The translations under genes were made by a program, and so were the position numbers. From positions 74,355-138,354 of the forward strand of contig JBIKVV010000001.1 of NCBI GenBank assembly GCA_044356655.1: 64,000 nucleotides of DNA, in the 5' to 3' direction. The stretch comes from Ilumatobacteraceae bacterium. Its GTDB lineage: Bacteria > Actinomycetota > Acidimicrobiia > Acidimicrobiales > Ilumatobacteraceae. How positions within the stretch are numbered: position 1 is the stretch's first letter; every line of letters begins with the position of its first letter. The notes under the pieces were generated by a model. It saw only the letters and a list, made by a program, of their open reading frames with translations, made no database searches and was not told the DNA's origin. Positions 1-10,398 of the stretch are shown here, in pieces.

Positions 1-55
1 ATCGATTAGCGGTGTCACAAGGTGTGTGTTGTGATGTGCGATTTGAGTTACGGAT

Positions 56-1057
56 CTAACTTGCCGCGGTGATTGCGGCGCGCGTGGTGAGCGCGACATC
101 TCGTGCGGCCGAGGCAAAGTTGGCGCTATCACTGGCGTAGAGAATGGCGCGCGAAGAATTTATGATCAGGCCGCGACGAGAAGTTGCTGGGGTGGTGGCG
201 GAAGAACTCGGGCCGGTGGTGCCAGCGGGGGTGGTGGCTTGCGAGGGAGCGGCAGTGGAGCTCGGGCCGGTGGTGCCGGCGGGGGTGGTGGCTTGCGAGG
301 GAGCGGCAGTGGAGCTCGGGCTGGTGGTGCCGGCGCGGGTGGTGGCTCGTGTCGCAGCGGAAGAGCTCGGGCTGGTGGTGCCGGCGCGGACGACGGCGTT
401 GATGTCTCCGCCTTGGGCACCGATGCCAGGCACAAGTATCGGCATGTCACCAACGATTGCGCGCACTTGGGCCAACTCATCGGGATACGTCGCGCCAACA
501 ACCAGAGCGCATTCTCCGATCGACCGCCACTTTGCCGCTGCGGTTCGCGCCACACGCAAATAAAGCGGCTCACCGTCAACTTCAAGCGACTGAAATTCGC
601 TTGAGCCGCTGTTAGAAGTGCGACACAACACAATCGTGCCTTTGCCAGGCGTGGTCAAGAACGGCTCAAGACTGTCGGTGCCGAGATATGGGTTAACAGT
701 TACTGCATCAGCGCCGTAACGCAAAAACGCTTCACGGGCATAAAGGGTGGCGGTGTCGCCGATATCACCACGCTTGGCATCTAAAATCAAGACAACATCA
801 GGAAACTTCGCGCGAATGTAATCACAAACATTTTCAAGTTGCTTTTCTGCGCCAACTGCAGCGAAATATGCAATCTGTGGTTTGAATGCGCAAACTAAAT
901 CGCCAGTCGCGTCGACAATCGCTTTGCAGAATTCTTCAATCGCATCAACCGAACCTCGCATGGCTGTCGGAAACCGCGCAACATCTGGGTCAAGACCGAC
1001 GCAAAGCATCGAACCGCTGCGATCCCAAGCCGTGTTGAGACGCTTATAAAAACTCAC
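56..1057 (-). CDS. pyrF: Orotidine 5'-phosphate decarboxylase, type 2 (long form), with an internal Thr/Ser/Pro/Ala-rich tandem-repeat insertion
   Basis: 333-aa ORF. Motifs [25 protein letters not shown] and [10 protein letters not shown] are typical of type-2 OMP decarboxylases. About 70 extra residues of repeat lie between the last two motifs. Confidence 0.85.
   Translation of the reverse strand: MSFYKRLNTAWDRSGSMLCVGLDPDVARFPTAMRGSVDAIEEFCKAIVDATGDLVCAFKPQIAYFAAVGAEKQLENVCDYIRAKFPDVVLILDAKRGDIGDTATLYAREAFLRYGADAVTVNPYLGTDSLEPFLTTPGKGTIVLCRTSNSGSSEFQSLEVDGEPLYLRVARTAAAKWRSIGECALVVGATYPDELAQVRAIVGDMPILVPGIGAQGGDINAVVRAGTTSPSSSAATRATTRAGTTSPSSTAAPSQATTPAGTTGPSSTAAPSQATTPAGTTGPSSSATTPATSRRGLIINSSRAILYASDSANFASAARDVALTTRAAITAAS
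175..395. repeat. Tandem repeat with a 54-nt period (18 codons), about 4 copies, in frame within pyrF
   Basis: Units 207-260 and 261-314 differ at one base. Diverged units lie at 315-365 and from 366, with a partial unit at about 175-206. Confidence 0.9.
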
Positions 1058-1068
1058 GGGCTAAAGAC

Positions 1069-1260
1069 TCACTGTTCGATAGTGATCGCACCAGTTGGAC
1101 AAATTTCTTCGGCGGCGGTCACAGACTCGTGCAATTCTGGTCCCGGGTTTTCGTTAAGTATGTATAAAAAACCATCGCTGCGAATTTCAAAAACTTCGGG
1201 GCACATCTGGGTGCATGCACCGGTTGATGCGCAGTTGTCAAAGTTCACGCTGACTTTCAT
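1069..1260 (-). CDS. Small ferredoxin (single-cluster, actinobacterial type)
   Basis: MKVSVNFDNCASTGACTQMCPEVF...ICPTGAITIE carries a Cys pattern typical of small 3Fe-4S/4Fe-4S ferredoxins. I moved the start to the ATG at 1260 because the longer ORF would overlap the end of leuA. Confidence 0.8.
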   Translation of the reverse strand: MKVSVNFDNCASTGACTQMCPEVFEIRSDGFLYILNENPGPELHESVTAAEEICPTGAITIEQ

Positions 1261-1283
1261 CAAGGTGAGATTAGCCCGTGAGA

Positions 1284-2996
<1,713 letters not shown>

Positions 2997-3032
2997 TTAG
3001 TTTGGTTTTTTGTTGACTTAATTATTTCGGTT

Positions 3033-3069
3033 AAAAAGAAAACCCTCTGGGCCTTTTGGCTCAGAGGGT
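3033..3069 (-). terminator. Rho-independent terminator downstream of hss
   Basis: The minus strand reads CCCTCTGAGCC-AAAA-GGCCCAGAGGG (11-bp stem with one mismatch), followed by TTTTCTTTTT. Confidence 0.7.
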
Positions 3070-3160
3070 GCGGCTGCAGTGATATGCGACTGCGCCGTTA
3101 CGTAAGTAGAAGCTCGTTTCGTGAAATCATTGGTTTCAGTTTAACTAGCGGCGCGGCGAA

Positions 3161-4633
3161 TCAACTCGGGGTTGGGGTGAGGAAATTTCGAAATTGCCAC
3201 GGGTCGGTCGTATCAATGCGGCCCGTATTGCCAAACCCAGGAAACAAATCGTTTCGCGTCTTCAAGGGATCCCAATCGGTCGGCGCACTATGAATCTCAC
3301 CGATGTACGGTCGGGCATCGGCCAGCACCGATTGCCATGGCAGATCGTCAGGCACACAGACACCTTGGTTCGGGCTGGCAATCATCCATTTGACAGCCGC
3401 GATTACCGAGCCAGCAACTTGCAGAGTCGTTGCGCTTTGACCGTCGACAATTGACCGCGCCTCATCAATCGAGAGGCGAGTACCGGTCCACCAGCCCGTG
3501 TAGTCATGACCGAGAAGCAAAACACCAAGTTCATCGCGGCCAGAAATAATTTCGTTGTTCATGATCCGCTCTTTTGGTTGCTTTTGCCAATTGCGCATAC
3601 GCAACTCAAGAACGCTGTTGATTGCTTCGTTCGACGGGCAATACGAATAGTGAACAGTTGGACGATAAATCGCTTTTCCAGAGTCGTCGCGCACTGTTAA
3701 GTGATTGCTCATCGTGTAACTCTCACCGTGACGAATGATCATGCCGAGAATTTCTCCGCTTGGCACCCATGAGCGAACCCAAGTTTCCATGCCGGGTTGA
3801 GCCAAACAAATTTGATTGCACGGGCCGTCGTCGGCGTGTACTTGCGCGTTGGCTGGCATCCATCGTTCGTGCGTGCCCCAACCCATTTCAGCAGGCGCGA
3901 CACCTTCTTCATAAAAACCTTCGACCGACCACGTGTTGACAAATTCGTTTACTTCTTTTGGTTGATTAGTAATTTGTGTGTCGCGTTCGCTGATGTGAAT
4001 TACGCGCGTGCCGGTCAACATCGCCAAACGGTCGAATGACTCGCTGGCCAACGCCGACTCGATCGCGCTTTGACGTGAACCCGCGCGACCATCATTTAAA
4101 ATTTTGTTTGAGATTTCGAACAGCGCTTGTTTTGCAAAGTGAGAAACCAAGCCCGGGTTCGCGCCATGTTCGACAACCGCACTTGGTCCTTTGTTCGAAC
4201 CCCACTTGGCAATCATTTTGCGGATCGCTTGATGGCGCACATAGAGCGTGCGGTCAAGGGGGTGTGTCGCCGCCATGTCGTAGTACGGGTCCCACAGTTC
4301 GACCGAAGTGTTGAGGTAGCGCACGCCACGCATGCGGCACCATTCAAGAATTGTCGGACAATCGATATTCCAAGCGAGGTCAAGCAAAATGTCGCCAGCA
4401 GCAAGTCGTTCAGCCAAAAAGCTGTCAAGATTTTCGCGTGTCACTTGACCGATTTCGTATTTGACGCCTTGCTTGATCGCGTCAGCGACCCGATGACGGT
4501 TGTCGACAAAGTCGACGATCGTTATTGAACTTGTTGCAATTTTTAGATCACGAATTAAAAGCGGAATAACGCATTGCGCAACAGAACCGCAACCAAGAAC
4601 AAGCACCCGAGCCGGGTTCGCTTGTGTACTCAC
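3161..4633 (-). CDS. hss: Homospermidine synthase
   Basis: 490 aa. The blocks HISERDTQ...FVNTWSVEGF...AEMGWGTHERWMP and the C-terminal DPWQFRNFL closely match my recollection of bacterial HSS (Blastochloris/Legionella type). The N-terminus has a Rossmann motif, LVLGCGSVAQ. Confidence 0.88.
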   Translation of the reverse strand: MSTQANPARVLVLGCGSVAQCVIPLLIRDLKIATSSITIVDFVDNRHRVADAIKQGVKYEIGQVTRENLDSFLAERLAAGDILLDLAWNIDCPTILEWCRMRGVRYLNTSVELWDPYYDMAATHPLDRTLYVRHQAIRKMIAKWGSNKGPSAVVEHGANPGLVSHFAKQALFEISNKILNDGRAGSRQSAIESALASESFDRLAMLTGTRVIHISERDTQITNQPKEVNEFVNTWSVEGFYEEGVAPAEMGWGTHERWMPANAQVHADDGPCNQICLAQPGMETWVRSWVPSGEILGMIIRHGESYTMSNHLTVRDDSGKAIYRPTVHYSYCPSNEAINSVLELRMRNWQKQPKERIMNNEIISGRDELGVLLLGHDYTGWWTGTRLSIDEARSIVDGQSATTLQVAGSVIAAVKWMIASPNQGVCVPDDLPWQSVLADARPYIGEIHSAPTDWDPLKTRNDLFPGFGNTGRIDTTDPWQFRNFLTPTPS

Positions 4634-4833
4634 GCGTATCGAGGGGCGGAGTCGTCCTTGCCAGCGGTTAGAAGAGTTTGTAACGAGGCTTCAAAGACTG
4701 CATCTGATGGCACCAACAATTTTTGCCAATCGTAAACAATGCCCTTGCGACCCGTGAACAACGGTTCGTCGAGAATTGCTTGTTGCATACTTTGGTTAAA
4801 CACAATTTTTGACCCTACACACATCAATTTCAT
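4630..4833 (-). CDS. Small hypothetical protein (67 aa) translationally coupled to hss
   Basis: Its TGA stop overlaps the hss GTG start, sharing GTGA on the minus strand. I chose the ATG at 4833 so that the 18-bp palindrome at 4862-4879 stays intergenic. A GTG at 4908 is an alternative start. I recognise no motif. Confidence 0.45.
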   Translation of the reverse strand: MKLMCVGSKIVFNQSMQQAILDEPLFTGRKGIVYDWQKLLVPSDAVFEASLQTLLTAGKDDSAPRYA

Positions 4834-4861
4834 TTGTCTACTGTCTGAGTGGTCAGCCGAA

Positions 4862-4879
4862 ACTGACTCATGAGTCAGT
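4862..4879. promoter_or_regulatory. Perfect 18-bp palindrome ACTGACTCATGAGTCAGT, a candidate operator between divergent genes
   Basis: All nine base pairs verified by hand. It lies in the roughly 75-nt gap between the small-ORF/hss operon and the helicase gene. Confidence 0.5.
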
Positions 4880-4908
4880 GAACTCAGGTTGGTAGGGTGA
4901 GAGTTCAC

Positions 4909-6303
4909 ATGTCAGAACCAAGATCGCGGCGCCGCGAGCCGAATGCGCCCCGCCGAAATGCAGATTCGCCAAGGCGCGCAACGAATTCAGGTCGATCAAG
5001 TGGATCATCTGGCGGGTCAAATTCTCGGTCAGCCAACGGGTTTGGCGCCGGGTCGGGCGGGTCGAGCGACTCGAGCGAGAACGCAAGCGGCAACATCGGC
5101 TCGAGTTCGAACATTCGCGAGGCTGTCTCAACACCAACCCTGTTCGCCGCACTCGGTGTCAGCAGTCGTGTCGATGCAGGTTTAGCGAGCGCCGGGTTCG
5201 CCGCGCCGTTTGCAATTCAGACCGAGGCGATACCTGTAGCGCTGACTGGTGTCGACGTTTGCGGCCGCGCTCGAACCGGCTCAGGCAAGACGCTGGCTTT
5301 CGGCGTGCCGATGATTGATCGCGCAACTCGAGATTCACAAAAAGCCAAACCCAACAAACCGCGCGGTGTTGTGCTTGTGCCGACGCGCGAACTTGCGGTT
5401 CAAGTCACAGATGTTTTGTCGCCGATCGCACAACATTGCGATGTGCGCGTCGTCGCAATTTATGGCGGTGCTGCTCGCGAAAAACAAGTTGAGCAACTTG
5501 TGCGAGGTGTCGAAATTATTATTGCGACTCCGTTGCGACTAATCGACTTGATGAAAAACGGTGAAGCAGACCTGAGCGATGTCGAAATGATCGTGCTTGA
5601 CGAAGCAGACCGAATGGCCGATGAGGGTTTCATGCCACAAGTCGAGTGGGTGTTGCGTCACGTCACAAAAGAACACCAGACGATGTTGTTCTCGGCGACT
5701 CTTGATGGCCAAGTGGCAACACTCGTCAAGCGCTATATGAAATCGCCACAAGAAATCAGCATTGATGCGCCAACCGACACTGTCGGCACGATGCGCCATT
5801 TGTTTTTAGGTGTTCATCACATGGATAAAAACCGCGTGATCGCCGCAATGGCCCGCGCGGGCGGCCAAACCGTCGTCTTTTGCGACACGAAACGCACGTG
5901 CGACAAAGTGGCCGATGATCTTGCTGGTCTTGGTGAAAAAGTGTCGGCTCTGCATGGCGACATGGCCCAGGGCGCTCGAGAACGATCGCTTCGAAAATTT
6001 GCTCAAGGCGAACTAGAAATTTTGGTCTGCACCGATGTAGCTGCACGTGGCATTGACATTGACGACGTCGGCATTGTGGTGCACTATGTGCCGCCGCTAG
6101 AGGTTAAAACATATTTACATCGCTCGGGTCGAACTGCTCGCGCGGGCAAAGACGGTTGGGCAGTCACTTTGGCTGAATATAACCAGCACACGACTTGCCG
6201 AATTATTCAGCGCGGTTTAAAACTTGATGCACAAGCGCCAATCGAAGTTTTTTCGAACGACAAGCGTCTTGCCGATCTCGGTTCGTTTTTAAAAACTAAC
6301 TAG
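4909..6303 (+). CDS. DEAD-box ATP-dependent RNA helicase with an Arg/Ser/Gly-rich N-terminal extension
   Basis: Motifs ARTGSGKT, VLDEADRM, LFSAT and HRSGRTARAG. The ATG at 4909 is preceded by GGGTGAGAG. Confidence 0.9.
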   Translation: MSEPRSRRREPNAPRRNADSPRRATNSGRSSGSSGGSNSRSANGFGAGSGGSSDSSENASGNIGSSSNIREAVSTPTLFAALGVSSRVDAGLASAGFAAPFAIQTEAIPVALTGVDVCGRARTGSGKTLAFGVPMIDRATRDSQKAKPNKPRGVVLVPTRELAVQVTDVLSPIAQHCDVRVVAIYGGAAREKQVEQLVRGVEIIIATPLRLIDLMKNGEADLSDVEMIVLDEADRMADEGFMPQVEWVLRHVTKEHQTMLFSATLDGQVATLVKRYMKSPQEISIDAPTDTVGTMRHLFLGVHHMDKNRVIAAMARAGGQTVVFCDTKRTCDKVADDLAGLGEKVSALHGDMAQGARERSLRKFAQGELEILVCTDVAARGIDIDDVGIVVHYVPPLEVKTYLHRSGRTARAGKDGWAVTLAEYNQHTTCRIIQRGLKLDAQAPIEVFSNDKRLADLGSFLKTN

Positions 6304-6319
6304 CATTAACTAGAACTAC

Positions 6320-6901
6320 CTAGAACCAACTCGGTCGAGTTTTTTCAAATTTAGAGATTGCGGCTTCGTGTTTTAACGAAATCGCAATGTCATCGAGGCC
6401 GTTTAGAAATCGATTTTGTGTATCTGGGTTCATGGCGAAACTTTCGCTAATGCCGCAACTTGGCACTTCAACTGTCAGTCTTTCAACATCGACGGTGATT
6501 TCAGTTTTCGGGTCAGTTTCGATAATTTGCCAAAGTTTGGCGACGGTCTCTTCGCTCAACTCGACAACTATCAAACCGTTTTTTCCGCAGTTGTTGCGAA
6601 AGATGTCGCTGAAACTTGGTGCGATTACGGCGTCGAAGCCGCCTTGTTGAATCGCCCAAACGGCATGTTCGCGCGAAGATCCGACACCAAAGCTTTTGCC
6701 GGCCACCAAGATTGAGGCTCCTGCGTATCGCTCATCGTTGAGCACGAAATTGCGATCGTCGCGCCAAGTCGAGAACAGACCTTTTTCAAAACCAGTGCGC
6801 TCGACGCGCTTCAACCACTCAGCCGGAATTATCTGATCAGTATCAACGTCGCTGCGCTTCAACGGCACGCCGCGACCAGAAATTATTCGAACGGCTTTCA
6901 C
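6320..6901 (-). CDS. leuD: 3-isopropylmalate dehydratase small subunit
   Basis: 193 aa with [20 protein letters not shown] and [16 protein letters not shown]. It overlaps leuC by 4 nt. Confidence 0.93.
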   Translation of the reverse strand: MKAVRIISGRGVPLKRSDVDTDQIIPAEWLKRVERTGFEKGLFSTWRDDRNFVLNDERYAGASILVAGKSFGVGSSREHAVWAIQQGGFDAVIAPSFSDIFRNNCGKNGLIVVELSEETVAKLWQIIETDPKTEITVDVERLTVEVPSCGISESFAMNPDTQNRFLNGLDDIAISLKHEAAISKFEKTRPSWF

Positions 6902-8304
6902 GACAAGTCTTCCGGAGACGCAAAATGGCCGGCAACAGCGGTTGCGGCCGCAACGGCAGGCGAGACCAAATGAGTACGACCACCGCGACCTTGTCGGCCT
7001 TCGAAATTGCGATTTGAGGTGCTAGCAGCGCGTTCTTGTGGCGCAAGTTTGTCGGGGTTCATCGCCAAACACATTGAGCAACCAGGCTCGCGCCAGTCAA
7101 TGCCCGCATCGATGAAAATTTTGTCGAGACCCTCAGCTTGTGCTTGCAATTTCACGGCGTGACTGCCTGGTACAACCATCACGCGTTTTACAGAAACTTT
7201 TCGACCTCGTACGACGTTCGCCACAGCACGCAAGTCTTCGATGCGCGAGTTGGTGCATGATCCAATAAAAACTGTGTCGACTTTGATGTCACGAATCGCA
7301 GTGCCCGCTTGCAGGCCCATATATTCGAGTGCGCGAGTCACGCTGTCGCGCTCAGTTGCATCGCTGTAATCACTTGGCGTCGGCACGCAACCGTCGAGAG
7401 CAACAACTTGGGCTGGGTTCGTGCCCCAAGTTACGTGTGGTGAAAGTTTGCTCGCATCAATCGTGACTTCTTTGTCAAACACGGCGCCATCGTCGGTGCG
7501 CAATGTCTGCCAGTCGGCGATCGCTTCGTCAAATTTTGCGCCTGCAGGTGCGAACTCGCGACCACGCAGATAATTGAAAGTCGTTTCGTCAGGCGCAACT
7601 AGACCTGCACGCGCTCCGGCTTCGATCGACATATTGCAAACTGTCATGCGACCTTCCATCGACAGCGCGCGAATCGCCGCACCGCGATATTCGATCACAT
7701 GCCCGATGCCGCCGCCGGTGCCGATTTGGCCAATCACGGCGAGGATTATGTCCTTTGCGGTTACTCCACTCGGCGCAACACCTTCAACATTTACGCTCAT
7801 CCACTTGGGTCGCGCTTGAGGCAAAGTTTGCGTCGCCAAAACATGTTCGACTTCGCTTGTGCCAATGCCAAATGCGAGTGCGCCGAATGCGCCGTGTGTA
7901 GCTGTGTGGCTGTCGCCGCAAACAATTGTCATGCCTGGCAGTGTGCGACCTTGCTCGGGGCCAATCACGTGCACGATGCCTTGACCTGGGTTGCCCATTG
8001 AGTAGAGCGTGATGTTGAACTCTTTGGTGTTGTTGCGCAACACTTCGATTTGTTTTGCTGATATCTCATCAGCGATCGGCAAATGAATATTTTCTGTCGG
8101 CACATTGTGGTCTTCGGTTGCAACTGTGAGGTCTGGTCGGCGAACGGTGCGTTGGGCCAAGCGCAAACCATCGAACGCCTGCGGGCTCGTCACTTCGTGA
8201 ACTAGGTGCAAGTCGATATATATGAGGTCTGGTTGGTTTGGTCCAGAACTGACCACGTGGCGATCCCAAATTTTTTGCGCCAGGGTCTTTGGTTGCGAAT
8301 TCAC
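6898..8304 (-). CDS. leuC: 3-isopropylmalate dehydratase large subunit
   Basis: 468 aa in the aconitase family, with [14 protein letters not shown] and [13 protein letters not shown]. Confidence 0.94.
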   Translation of the reverse strand: MNSQPKTLAQKIWDRHVVSSGPNQPDLIYIDLHLVHEVTSPQAFDGLRLAQRTVRRPDLTVATEDHNVPTENIHLPIADEISAKQIEVLRNNTKEFNITLYSMGNPGQGIVHVIGPEQGRTLPGMTIVCGDSHTATHGAFGALAFGIGTSEVEHVLATQTLPQARPKWMSVNVEGVAPSGVTAKDIILAVIGQIGTGGGIGHVIEYRGAAIRALSMEGRMTVCNMSIEAGARAGLVAPDETTFNYLRGREFAPAGAKFDEAIADWQTLRTDDGAVFDKEVTIDASKLSPHVTWGTNPAQVVALDGCVPTPSDYSDATERDSVTRALEYMGLQAGTAIRDIKVDTVFIGSCTNSRIEDLRAVANVVRGRKVSVKRVMVVPGSHAVKLQAQAEGLDKIFIDAGIDWREPGCSMCLAMNPDKLAPQERAASTSNRNFEGRQGRGGRTHLVSPAVAAATAVAGHFASPEDLS

Positions 8305-8393
8305 GGTTCTATTCTGCCTGTTTAATTCAGCGACTCAACCCGCATCTGGCTGGCCAGGTGAGCCGAGTTTGTGCGCATGGCACACATTCAGGC

Positions 8394-8912
8394 ATGCAAA
8401 AACAACTTGAACCAATTGACCTAGCCAAGTGCGTCGAATCTAGCCTGCACACATCTCTCGACGGTTTCGATTTGCCACGCGCCCGTTTATATGGTGTCAG
8501 CATTGTTGACCCCGACGGCGTGCGTTCTAATCACAATGGGGCGTTGCGAATAAGTTTTCTCGCCGAACACGGCGATGTTTACGAATTACTCGACGCACCG
8601 AGCAGTGCGATAGCCCGCATGTTTGACGCCGCAGTTGTTCTTACGTGCGGATGGGCTGCGCCGATCGACCGCGACGAAAGCCCCGTGAGCGAAGATGCAA
8701 GCGAGGTTCCGCCGAGTCAACACCCACAGCGCCGACGAGTGCGACTGGTTGTCAGTGTTTGCGACAATGGTGTGGCTTCAGTGTTGCGCTTCGCCGACAC
8801 GCCCGACGACATTGTCACCGATGCAGGTTCGGCTCGCGGCAGTTTGGCTGATGCGGTTAATAATTTGTGGCGCGACCCGAAAGTTGTCGTCAGTCTCGAA
8901 ACAATCGAGTAA
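8394..8912 (+). CDS. Hypothetical protein
   Basis: Start set at the ATG at 8394 (MQKQLEP), because the longer ORF would overlap the leuC start. I recognise no motif. Confidence 0.5.
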   Translation: MQKQLEPIDLAKCVESSLHTSLDGFDLPRARLYGVSIVDPDGVRSNHNGALRISFLAEHGDVYELLDAPSSAIARMFDAAVVLTCGWAAPIDRDESPVSEDASEVPPSQHPQRRRVRLVVSVCDNGVASVLRFADTPDDIVTDAGSARGSLADAVNNLWRDPKVVVSLETIE

Positions 8913-8921
8913 AAGTCGTAA

Positions 8922-8981
8922 CTTGTGCTGGCTTGTGCTGGCTCGCGCGAGCTTGCGTCAGCTTGTGCTGGCTTGCGCTAG
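8922..8981. repeat. Six tandem degenerate decamers (consensus CTTGYGCTGG) between convergent genes
   Basis: The units read CTTGTGCTGG CTTGTGCTGG CTCGCGCGAG CTTGCGTCAG CTTGTGCTGG CTTGCGCTAG. They include the 12-nt palindrome GCTCGCGCGAGC at 8941-8952. The last unit covers the stop codon of the hydrolase gene. Confidence 0.85.
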
Positions 8982-9838
8982 CGGGACGACCGAAAATAAA
9001 CCGACATGCATGCTTCGACGAGTGTCGGCACGAAGAATTCTTTTTTTGCAAACACTGCGTTGTGCCCACCGTGCACTTCGAAAACCTCAACATTTTTCAA
9101 TAACTGATAGAGCTCAGTTTGTCGCTCTGGTGCGACGACGCCGTCATCTGTCGTGATCACAACTGCGGCGGGTTCATCGAACTTTGGCAACCAATCGCGC
9201 GAGTCGAAATTGCCGATAGCGCTACCAGCCTCGAGAATGTGACGCCAGTCGTGTGATGCGATTTGCTTAACTGCCCAAGGTGCTAATCCGTTTGACTTAC
9301 GTTGTAGATAAAGTTGATCGGTCAACCATGTGCGCGCTTGCGCTGTGGTCAGTCTCGAAAGTGCAGCGAGACCAGTGAGGCCAAAAAAACTTAATTTTTC
9401 TTCACGTGATTTTGCAAAATGACTCGCGGTGCTACATAACACGATGCCTCGCACTCGCTGTTCGTGTCGCTGCCACAACAATTGCGCAACCGTGCCACCC
9501 ATCGAATAACCAACCGGAATAAAAGTTGAAATGCCGAGTACGTCGGCGAGTGCGGCGACGTCATCAGCGCAATCTTCGAGTTTGAAATTTGTTTTTGTGC
9601 GAATGCCACGGCCGTGCCCACGCAGATCGAGCGCAACAACGTTAAAGTTTTCGCTCAATGCGTCGAAACATGTGAACCAGTTCAAGTCGGCTGTTGCTGT
9701 CCAGCCGTGCAACAGCATCAGCGTTGGTGCACCGGCAGGGCCTTTTTTCTCGCGATAAAAAGTTTTTCCACGACCTGGCAATTCGATTTCGAAACCGTTT
9801 GGCAGGCCAGGTATCTGCGCCACCGAATCAGTCGTCAC
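8978..9838 (-). CDS. Alpha/beta-fold hydrolase
   Basis: 286 aa with an HGW oxyanion region and the nucleophile elbow GYSMGG. Confidence 0.8.
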   Translation of the reverse strand: MTTDSVAQIPGLPNGFEIELPGRGKTFYREKKGPAGAPTLMLLHGWTATADLNWFTCFDALSENFNVVALDLRGHGRGIRTKTNFKLEDCADDVAALADVLGISTFIPVGYSMGGTVAQLLWQRHEQRVRGIVLCSTASHFAKSREEKLSFFGLTGLAALSRLTTAQARTWLTDQLYLQRKSNGLAPWAVKQIASHDWRHILEAGSAIGNFDSRDWLPKFDEPAAVVITTDDGVVAPERQTELYQLLKNVEVFEVHGGHNAVFAKKEFFVPTLVEACMSVYFRSSR

Positions 9839-10302
9839 TGTGATCGCGTCTCTAAAACTTTGACTTTCAACTTGCCATTAGGTGCGTCGTATTCAACAAC
9901 ATCGCCAACCCTTGCGCCAAGAAGCGCTGAACCAAGCGGCGATGTTGGGCTCATCACAGGCGCCTCACTAATTTCTTCGATATGTCCGATCAAATAACTT
10001 TCGGCCATCGATTCTTCGTCGCCGTCGTAAAGCACTGTCACAATCATGCCAAGACCAACCGTGCCATCTTCCGATGGTTCGACGATTTCGGCTTGTTCAA
10101 GAATTGATTCGAGTTGTCGAATGCGGGCTTCCATGTGGCCGTGTTCGTCTTTTGCTGCGTGATAGTCGCCGTTTTCTTTCAGGTCGCCGTGTTCACGGGC
10201 ACGGGCAATTTTCTCTGCGGCCACAATGCGACCACGAGTTGTTAAGTCTGCGTGCTCTTCACGCAATCTCTCAAAGGTTTTTCGCGAAAGTTTATGGATC
10301 AT
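9835..10302 (-). CDS. greA: Transcription elongation factor GreA
   Basis: 155 aa with a GDLKENGDYHAAKDE coiled-coil tip and a C-terminal FKBP-like domain. Confidence 0.9.
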   Translation of the reverse strand: MIHKLSRKTFERLREEHADLTTRGRIVAAEKIARAREHGDLKENGDYHAAKDEHGHMEARIRQLESILEQAEIVEPSEDGTVGLGMIVTVLYDGDEESMAESYLIGHIEEISEAPVMSPTSPLGSALLGARVGDVVEYDAPNGKLKVKVLETRSQ

Positions 10303-10398
10303 GACCTTAAAAATGCTATCTAGATGGCGTCAAGTTAATGGTCGGCTTTCGCACGTGTTTGCGCCGTACGATTAAAGGCATGGTTTCGCAAAAACTGA

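Noticed and set aside
144-633. Several long ORFs on both strands (144..563 +, 184..402 +, 239..604 +, 166..633 -) overlapping the 3' part of pyrF.
   Set aside because: They lie within or across the GC-rich 54-nt tandem repeat, which keeps all frames open. Their products are pure low-complexity sequence (Gly/Arg/Trp or Pro/Ala runs). The pyrF frame has clear enzyme motifs on both sides of the repeat.
6327-6346. A hairpin-like AACTCGGTCGAGTT followed by TTTTTT, which could terminate the helicase transcript.
   Set aside because: The loop would be only 2-4 nt. The element lies inside the leuD coding sequence (…KTRPSWF). The evidence is too weak to list as a terminator.
8922-8981. Whether the decamer array could be a CRISPR array or a mini-CRISPR.
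   Set aside because: The period is 10 nt with no spacers, the total length is 60 nt, and there are no cas genes. It is a microsatellite-like tandem repeat, not a CRISPR array.
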